Shown here piece after piece: positions 36,767 to 43,630 of a stretch of 64,000 nucleotides of DNA. Under the pieces are notes generated by a model. It saw only the letters and a program-made list of their open reading frames with translations, had not been told where the DNA came from and searched no databases. Within the stretch, counting starts at the first letter, position 1. Each line of letters begins with the position of its first letter. The translations under genes were made by a program, and so were the position numbers. Origin of the DNA: Bacteroidota bacterium (GTDB taxonomy: Bacteria; Bacteroidota; Bacteroidia; Flavobacteriales_F; PHOS-HE28); contig JAEZDL010000078.1 of NCBI GenBank assembly GCA_023418095.1, forward strand, positions 142-64,141. The letters run 5' to 3'.

Positions 36767-38457
36767 CTACCCTTCGCAGCATTGCCAAGATCCGAATTGA
36801 TCAACCCCAATAGTGTGCAGTTCTCATTGGAATAGATCAGGGTGTAGCGCTTCAAGGCGTCTTTCAGGAAGCAATCGGTCGTATCGTTGGCCAGGTCTTG
36901 ATACTTCCCGAGAATGAAGATGTGATCCACTTCTTGACGGGGCTGATCATTCTGCGCCCAAGGTTCACTTATCAATTCTGCCACCCGCATCTTCCCCATC
37001 CATAATCCTGGGACCTGCTCCTCATTCCATTTCAATGGAAAGTAACCCAACCCCGCCTCATAATTCTCCAAGATCACAACAGGAGTATTCACCCCGAGAT
37101 AATTCGAGTAGTGCCTTCCCAGCCAATTGCCTGAACGATCAAAGGGGTATATGATCGAACCAGCCCGGAGGTACTCGCCTGCCGCTTCGCAATTCATGGC
37201 GATGCGGTTCTGCTCGCGCACTACAGAAATGTAGTATCTACTCAATGCAAGATGGGAGAAAAGGACAAATACGATGGCTGCCCATGTCACCAATTTCGGC
37301 ATTCGGTGAAGCGATAGCGCCGCAATGAAGATCATGAAGAACATGAGACCCAGCCGGACTGTCATGTAACCAGCCGCGCCATTCCCATCAGGCAAGACCA
37401 GATACAACACGAGGAATACAAGACACATGATCCACCAGAAGTAGATCGAATTCCGATCCGATCGGACAGGTTTGGCAGCCGCCGGATGTGAACGAATGCT
37501 ATTGGCCAGAAAGATCGACAGCGAACCCATCAATAGTATGGCAAGTACGTGAACGATACGCCTTGTATGAACGCATTCCAATTCAATGTTGTATGATATG
37601 ATAGGCCTGAGCGTATGGACCCATTCCAATAATTCATTCATGCTCACGAACGTATAGGCCGATGCTTCAGGCATGTGCCAATAGTAGTTCAAGGCCAACA
37701 GGACAGGAACGAACGATGCGAAAGTCAGGCGAACGACCCCAGGCCAGGCGGAACGAAACATCGCATTCAGATCAATACGCCCCCGTGTGATCGAGCCGAT
37801 CACAATATATAAAGCAAGCATGATGAGTGTAAGCCCGAAAACGAAGATGTGCGCGAAATACAATAGAATGAGAAGCCCTGCCAGGCCAAATTGGATGCGC
37901 TGGGTGTGACCTGTGTGATCCGAACTTATCCAGGCAGCCAAGGCGAGGAACATAAGGATCAATGCCAACGAATAATTATAGAAGCCCAGTGTGAACAGGT
38001 ATGAATAACAAAAAGGAAGAATAAAGAAACTGTATTCAATATTATAAGGGCTTATAACCTTTATCAGCCAACGGAACGCGTAAGGCAGACCAACCAGGTA
38101 GGTCAAGAGCACGACTTTTTCAGCAAGAAATGCCGGCAATACGGTCAGGCTGGCGGCTAACATGAGATGGCCCAGCCAATTAGGCACCGGGATCTCCGTG
38201 AGATCGTAGAATGTCCGCACACTTTCGGTCCCGCCGAAGAAAAGCTCGTAGATCAACCTTGAATTATAGAGATGTGCCGGTCCATCCATCGAGGGGAACC
38301 ATTTGAATAGCAACACCGGCAAAGTGTTCAATAACACCGCTATGAGGAAGAGGGACCGCTCAACGGCTCGATAAGATAATTTCCCAAATGCTCCAACCGA
38401 TCGTGAGTTGATGGCCTTAGCTTTATACAGTGGCTCAAAAAAGTGCAGTACACGCAC
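36763..38457 (-). CDS. polytopic membrane protein (GTC5, possible GT-C-like), lower-GC gene
   Basis: 564 aa with about 12 helices. The motif WFPSMDGPAHLYNSRLIYE follows helix 1. About 170 aa form a soluble C-terminal domain. The stop overlaps the GH5 start (ATGA, 36763..36766). Confidence 0.55.
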   Translation of the reverse strand: MRVLHFFEPLYKAKAINSRSVGAFGKLSYRAVERSLFLIAVLLNTLPVLLFKWFPSMDGPAHLYNSRLIYELFFGGTESVRTFYDLTEIPVPNWLGHLMLAASLTVLPAFLAEKVVLLTYLVGLPYAFRWLIKVISPYNIEYSFFILPFCYSYLFTLGFYNYSLALILMFLALAAWISSDHTGHTQRIQFGLAGLLILLYFAHIFVFGLTLIMLALYIVIGSITRGRIDLNAMFRSAWPGVVRLTFASFVPVLLALNYYWHMPEASAYTFVSMNELLEWVHTLRPIISYNIELECVHTRRIVHVLAILLMGSLSIFLANSIRSHPAAAKPVRSDRNSIYFWWIMCLVFLVLYLVLPDGNGAAGYMTVRLGLMFFMIFIAALSLHRMPKLVTWAAIVFVLFSHLALSRYYISVVREQNRIAMNCEAAGEYLRAGSIIYPFDRSGNWLGRHYSNYLGVNTPVVILENYEAGLGYFPLKWNEEQVPGLWMGKMRVAELISEPWAQNDQPRQEVDHIFILGKYQDLANDTTDCFLKDALKRYTLIYSNENCTLLGLINSDLGNAAKGR

Positions 38458-38458
38458 T

Positions 38459-39178
38459 TTACAGGCCGTATTTCATGATACACCAGATCGCACGGAAACC
38501 GTCCTTCCAGCCGATCTTTTTTCCTTCAGCATAGGTGCGACCATAATAGCTGATGCCGACCTCATAGATCCGGATGCCTGGTATTTTGGCAAGCTTGGCG
38601 GTCACCTCCGGCTCAAATCCAAACCTCTTTTCCCGTAGATCCAGGCTTTTTGCGATATCGCTTCGGATCAACTTGTAACATGTTTCCATGTCCGTGAGGT
38701 TGAGGTTATTGAACGCATTGGACAATTGTGTAAGCACCTTATTGCCGATGCTGTGCCAGAAAAATAGGATCCGATGCGGATGATGGCCCATGAAGCGAGA
38801 ACCGTAGACGACATCTGCAAAACCTTCTACAACGGGCTTCAGTAAGAGATTGTACTCACGCGGATCGTATTCCAGGTCGGCGTCCTGCACGATCAGGTGT
38901 TCACCGATCGCTTCTTTGATCCCGCGATGGATCGCCGCTCCTTTGCCCATGTTGCGCGGTTGCTCAAAGAACCTGATCGGGAAGTCGGGGTGCCGATCGA
39001 TGTAGGCGCGGATCGCGGCGGCCGTGCCATCCTTTGAACCATCATCAACGATCACAACGTCCTTTTGGATGCCATGATCAAGGATCACGTTGCGCACGCG
39101 ATCGAGGATCAGGTGGATCGTGCGCTCCTCATTGTACGCGGGAATGATGATGGAGAGCATACGCGGCCTATGTTCCAT
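38459..39178 (-). CDS. GT2 polyprenyl-phosphate sugar synthase-like glycosyltransferase (Dpm1/GtrB/ArnC type), copy b
   Basis: 239 aa. Motifs are [46 protein letters not shown] and [10 protein letters not shown]...RFGFEPE. It aligns along its whole length with 30680..31417. Confidence 0.8.
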   Translation of the reverse strand: MEHRPRMLSIIIPAYNEERTIHLILDRVRNVILDHGIQKDVVIVDDGSKDGTAAAIRAYIDRHPDFPIRFFEQPRNMGKGAAIHRGIKEAIGEHLIVQDADLEYDPREYNLLLKPVVEGFADVVYGSRFMGHHPHRILFFWHSIGNKVLTQLSNAFNNLNLTDMETCYKLIRSDIAKSLDLREKRFGFEPEVTAKLAKIPGIRIYEVGISYYGRTYAEGKKIGWKDGFRAIWCIMKYGL

Positions 39179-39211
39179 CCGATCGGAAATGTTGGAAAAT
39201 GCGAACCTCCT

Positions 39212-39871
39212 TCATTCAGAGATCTCCCCTATCTCACCCTCGACCACAAGCCGGCCTTCGGTCTTCGCCTTGATCTCTTCCACCGAAACTCCTGGCGCAC
39301 GCTCCAAAAGTTTGAAACCGTCGGGTGTCACATCGAATACACCTAGATCGGTCACGATCTTCTTCACACATTGCACACCCGTCAGCGGTAGTGTGCATTT
39401 CTTCAGCAACTTGCTTTCGCCTGCCTTGTTGGTGTGCATCATCACCACTATGATGTTGTCCGCGCTGCTCACCAGATCCATGGCGCCACCCATTCCCTTC
39501 ACCATTTTGCCCGGAATCTTCCAATTGGCGATATCGCCGTTGTCCGCCACTTCCATGGCGCCGAGCACGGTAAGTTGCACGTGTTGGCCGCGGATCATGG
39601 CGAAACTGGTGGCGCTGTCGAAAATGCTGCTGCCGGGCAAAAGCGTCACGGTCTGTTTTCCCGCGTTGATCAGATCCGCATCTTCTTCACCTTCGATCGG
39701 GAACGGCCCCATGCCGAGAATGCCGTTCTCGCTTTGGAGCACCACGTTGATGTTCTGTGGAATGTAATTGGCCACCAGCGTGGGAATGCCGATCCCCAGG
39801 TTCACATAATAACCATCGCGCAATTCCCGCGCGATACGCCTCGCCATCTGTTCCTTGTTCAGCCCCATCAC
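39212..39871 (-). CDS. scoB: 3-oxoacid CoA-transferase subunit B
   Basis: 219 aa with the catalytic-Glu context [16 protein letters not shown], typical of the CoA-transferase family I beta subunit. Confidence 0.92.
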   Translation of the reverse strand: MMGLNKEQMARRIARELRDGYYVNLGIGIPTLVANYIPQNINVVLQSENGILGMGPFPIEGEEDADLINAGKQTVTLLPGSSIFDSATSFAMIRGQHVQLTVLGAMEVADNGDIANWKIPGKMVKGMGGAMDLVSSADNIIVVMMHTNKAGESKLLKKCTLPLTGVQCVKKIVTDLGVFDVTPDGFKLLERAPGVSVEEIKAKTEGRLVVEGEIGEISE

Positions 39872-39904
39872 TTCAATTGAAAGCTTCCAAATGTAGTGGA
39901 CCTC

Positions 39905-41686
39905 TCACAATGGATCGATCACTTCATGGATCGTGACCTTCACTTCATCCATCTCGAACGCCTGCTTTTTCGGGTTCCAGAAATAGATCACCGTTTCATC
40001 CGATCCGCTTCGCGGAAGATCGAGCATCATATGGAGTTCCTCACCCTTCCAGCGCGGCCTGAAGTGGGAGATCGGGATCGAATTGTAATGGATCGTTCCT
40101 CCATTCAATTTTTGTGAAGCGACGATCAAAAGGTCAAGGAACTGTTGATCGGATCGAATGCGGGTACGGATCTCGATCCGAAGATCCCGCAGGCTCACTG
40201 GACGTTCCGGTCTCCAAAGTTCCATGAACTCCGCATCTTCGTTCACTTCGATCTGCAACTGATCGATTTGCCGCGATCGTAGTTCCGCTTTGCGCTTGAG
40301 AAGATGAAGGCCGTTGCCTGGTGAATGATCGATGCTTTGAAAGCCTTGGATCGCTTGGTCGATGAAGCGATCATCCACGATGCGTACATCGTGCGCGCCT
40401 TTCGGGAAACCGATCACATCAGGGGGTTGCAGCCCGATGCCGTTCGTTCTTGCCGCGTACGGTATGGCATAGCTCAACTGGTGATACGCGCCGATCATCA
40501 ATGGTCTTCCCTGTTCCTTCTGAAAGGCCTCGATCTTTTGTAGAAAGCGGATGGGGACCGATTGTTCCGGCCAAAGCAATGTATGGTCAGTGTTCAAGGT
40601 GAATGCCGTGCGAAGTGGCAGGTAAAGAAGCGAGGACATCAAGAAGATGCGCTGCCAGCAGACCTCGATCCCATCAGCGGTGAACGCGATGAACAGTATG
40701 GCGAGTGGCACCATGTGCAACGCAGCACGATCTTCCGGGTAGTTCACGCCAAGGATCCATGCCATTCCGATCCGCATCAGCACATCGGTGAAAAGCAGCG
40801 TTCCGATCAACGCTGCAACCGATCCGCGCTTCCTGCTGAAGATGATGACGAGCGAGGCAACAATGATCAGCACCACGAGCGCGAGTACGATCGGCACGTC
40901 GGAACCGATCACATAACGCGCGAGGGATGAAATAGTCACCTCAATGAATCCTTCGGTCGATCCATGGTAAAGAAGAGCCCGGCGGCGCATTTCCCACGCT
41001 AGCAACAGACCGAAGGCAAGTGGCACAGCTCCAAGCAGGAACCAGATGGCGCCGATCCGCCAGGGGAATGGTCCACGTTGCTTCATCCAGCGGAAACACC
41101 CGTGCACGCCGATCGCTGCTATTATCAAGGCCCATAACGGTACCAATGAAAGCACGGCCATGTCGGCGAGAAAGAGCGAGATCGACAATTGGATCAGATC
41201 TCTTGGATCGGACCCGCGGAAATAGCGGATCGCAGCATCGATCGCCACGATCCAAAAGGCCATGCCCAGTGCGTAGCCGCGAAAGAGCGAGAAGAAATCG
41301 AGCAGGAACGGGCACATGAGCAGGGCTACCCAGCAGATCCACCGGATCCACCGATCGGAGATGAATTCACCTAAACGCCACACCCCCCAGGCGAAGATGG
41401 GGAACGCGAGAATGCTCCCGATCCTGGAACCGGGCAACGAAAGCCCCCAGATCTTGTGTGCAACGATGCCGATCGCGGTGCTCAGGAAATGATTTCCGGC
41501 ATCCCATAAAGCGGTGTAAGGAAGGAATTCGCCACGCTCCACATACCAGTAGATCGTAGTGCTTTCATCATGGACCCAAGGGATGGATGCGGCCCTGATG
41601 ACGATGTAGGTGAAGATGCATGCGCTGAAAAGCAGGAAAACGATCCGATCGATGAACGGGACCGGATGCTTTTCGCCAACGAGCAT
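39905..41686 (-). CDS. GT-C-like polytopic membrane glycosyltransferase candidate 6 (GTC6; ArnT/PMT-like) with C-terminal beta-rich domain
   Basis: 593 aa. The first-loop motif is IPWVHDESTTIYWYVERGEF. About 11 helices. The soluble tail ends in TVIYFWNPKKQAFEMDEVKVTIHEV. It lies between scoA and scoB on the same strand. Confidence 0.65.
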   Translation of the reverse strand: MLVGEKHPVPFIDRIVFLLFSACIFTYIVIRAASIPWVHDESTTIYWYVERGEFLPYTALWDAGNHFLSTAIGIVAHKIWGLSLPGSRIGSILAFPIFAWGVWRLGEFISDRWIRWICWVALLMCPFLLDFFSLFRGYALGMAFWIVAIDAAIRYFRGSDPRDLIQLSISLFLADMAVLSLVPLWALIIAAIGVHGCFRWMKQRGPFPWRIGAIWFLLGAVPLAFGLLLAWEMRRRALLYHGSTEGFIEVTISSLARYVIGSDVPIVLALVVLIIVASLVIIFSRKRGSVAALIGTLLFTDVLMRIGMAWILGVNYPEDRAALHMVPLAILFIAFTADGIEVCWQRIFLMSSLLYLPLRTAFTLNTDHTLLWPEQSVPIRFLQKIEAFQKEQGRPLMIGAYHQLSYAIPYAARTNGIGLQPPDVIGFPKGAHDVRIVDDRFIDQAIQGFQSIDHSPGNGLHLLKRKAELRSRQIDQLQIEVNEDAEFMELWRPERPVSLRDLRIEIRTRIRSDQQFLDLLIVASQKLNGGTIHYNSIPISHFRPRWKGEELHMMLDLPRSGSDETVIYFWNPKKQAFEMDEVKVTIHEVIDPL

Positions 41687-41693
41687 GATCGGA

Positions 41694-42392
41694 TCACATC
41701 CTTGGCCTTACCGTGCGCTGCTCGATCCGCTTTTCGTAGTTCGTGCCTTGATAGATCCGCTGCACGAAAATGCCTGGCGTGTGGATCTCATCCGGATCCA
41801 ACGCGCCCGGCTCCACGAGTTCCTCCACTTCGGCCACGGTGACCCTTCCGGCCATGGCCATCATGGGATTGAAATTCCGCGCGGTGCGCTTATACACCAG
41901 GTTGCCGGACCGATCACCTTTCCAGGCCTTCACCAGGGCGAAATCGGCCCGCAGCCATTCCTCCATCACATACATCTTTCCATTGAACTCGCGCGTCTCC
42001 TTCCCCTCGGCCACTTCGGTACCGTAACCCGCCGGAGTGAAGAACGCCGGAATGCCCGCTCCACCTGCACGACACCTTTCGGCCAGGGTTCCCTGCGGAA
42101 TGAGCTCGACCTCGAGTTCGCCGCTCAACATCTGGCGCTCGAATTCGGCGTTCTCACCCACGTAACTACTGATCATCTTCCTGATCTGCCGCGTGCCGAG
42201 CAGGAGCCCGAGCCCGAAATCATCCACGCCGGCATTGTTGCTAATGCAGGTAAGTCCCTTCACCCCTTTCCTCACCAGGGCATTGATGCTGTTCTCGGGG
42301 ATCCCGCAAAGGCCGAAGCCGCCAACCATCAACGTCATCCCGTCCGATAGACCATCAAGCGCCTCCTGCGCATTTGAAACGACCTTGTTCAT
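41694..42392 (-). CDS. scoA: 3-oxoacid CoA-transferase subunit A
   Basis: 232 aa with [16 protein letters not shown] and the rest typical of the CoA-transferase family I alpha subunit. Confidence 0.92.
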   Translation of the reverse strand: MNKVVSNAQEALDGLSDGMTLMVGGFGLCGIPENSINALVRKGVKGLTCISNNAGVDDFGLGLLLGTRQIRKMISSYVGENAEFERQMLSGELEVELIPQGTLAERCRAGGAGIPAFFTPAGYGTEVAEGKETREFNGKMYVMEEWLRADFALVKAWKGDRSGNLVYKRTARNFNPMMAMAGRVTVAEVEELVEPGALDPDEIHTPGIFVQRIYQGTNYEKRIEQRTVRPRM

Positions 42393-42825
42393 TCTTCTAG
42401 ATCATCGTAGCGGACGAAGATAGTCGCCCCGATCGGAGCGTGATCGGGTCGTTCGAGGGAAGCACACTTCCCGCATCTGCGGCACACGGTCCACGATCCG
42501 CCGATCGGCATAACTACGACGGATCGCAGAAAATCCACGTCAGACAAGCCTTTCCGGGAAACGGCACGCGGTTGCATGGCAAGGGTACAAAACCGACAGC
42601 CATGAAACCTGTACTACGATATGGCCCAGCTGGCAGGTTCAATAAACAGAACGATGACAGCCACAACGGCAAAAGGCCCTGCGTGAATGAAAGTGAGGAA
42701 CGCGACGCACGTGTCCGCGAAGGCGTAGGTCTCCGCAGCAAGATCGATGTGATACCTGCGATGTTCGGCAATTACGGCAACGGTCCGTTCATCATGCCAT
42801 CGTTGCACTTTCCAGCATAAGAGGA

Positions 42826-43512
42826 ATGGAACGCACCAAGGGAGGTCCGATACTTACGGTGGATGCCTTGATCGAGGATGAGCAGGGCCGGATCCTCCTT
42901 ATCAAAAGGGCGGTCCCTCCATTCAAAGGCGATCGGTGCCTGCCCGGGGGCAAGGTGGAGAACGGAGAACGCGTGGAAGCAGCCCTGGAGCGCGAGATCA
43001 TGGAGGAATTGGGCGTACGGATCGGCATACGTGAATTGTTCGGTATCTATTCCGATCCCGATCGTGATCCACGTGGTCATTACATCACCGCAGTGTTCCA
43101 TGCGACCATTGTCGGCGGTGAGCCCACAACGAGCAGCGAGGTGGACGAGATCTACTGGTTGTCTCGCAATGATCAGGATATTCCATTCGGTTTCGACCAC
43201 GGAAAGATCCTGCAGGATTGGTGGAACAGAAGAGTGGAGGGCGGCGTGCTGCCCTCACAGGAAACAATGGGAAGGAAGGAACCGGCCAGGATGCGGGAAC
43301 ATCCTGTCGATCGGAAAGTGGCGCAGACGTTCGATGAACGTATCGAAGGAGCGCGCCTGGTGGAAGATGAGGCCGGCCGTGGAAAACGTGTCACGAAAGC
43401 GGCCAGTGATCGGAAGGGAAGAATGGCCGTGCCGATGACCGGCCCCGGAACGAAGAAGACCGCACCTGCCGGCAAGGCAGCGGGCGTAAAGAATACCGCA
43501 CGCAAGCGCTGA
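42826..43512 (+). CDS. NUDIX hydrolase with basic C-terminal tail
   Basis: Nudix box GGKVENGERVEAALEREIMEELGV. About 90 C-terminal residues are rich in K/R/G/A. Confidence 0.85.
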   Translation: MERTKGGPILTVDALIEDEQGRILLIKRAVPPFKGDRCLPGGKVENGERVEAALEREIMEELGVRIGIRELFGIYSDPDRDPRGHYITAVFHATIVGGEPTTSSEVDEIYWLSRNDQDIPFGFDHGKILQDWWNRRVEGGVLPSQETMGRKEPARMREHPVDRKVAQTFDERIEGARLVEDEAGRGKRVTKAASDRKGRMAVPMTGPGTKKTAPAGKAAGVKNTARKR

Positions 43513-43588
43513 AGATGCTATGCAATGAAGAGAGATCGCAGATGGATGCAATGAAATAGAGATACGCAGAATACTATGTTTTGGAACC

Positions 43589-43619
43589 GCCCGGGTGGAA
43601 CATCCACCCGGGCTTTTTT
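43589..43619 (+). terminator. Rho-independent terminator after the NUDIX gene
   Basis: 11-bp stem gcccgggtgga (43589..43599) pairs with tccacccgggc (43603..43613) around a 3-nt loop, followed by tttttt. Confidence 0.8.
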
Positions 43620-43630
43620 ATGTTCCAACC

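Noticed and set aside
41610-42350. 246-aa plus-strand ORF. A similar case is 45660-46667 (335 aa).
   Set aside because: They are antisense to scoA and to the PfpI-like/YXWGXW genes respectively. No motifs and skewed composition.
42563-42577. cGGCACGcggTTGCA, resembling a sigma-54 promoter.
   Set aside because: The GG-to-GC spacing is one nucleotide too short (N9 instead of N10), which normally abolishes sigma-54 promoter function. It is also 250 nt from the nearest downstream start.
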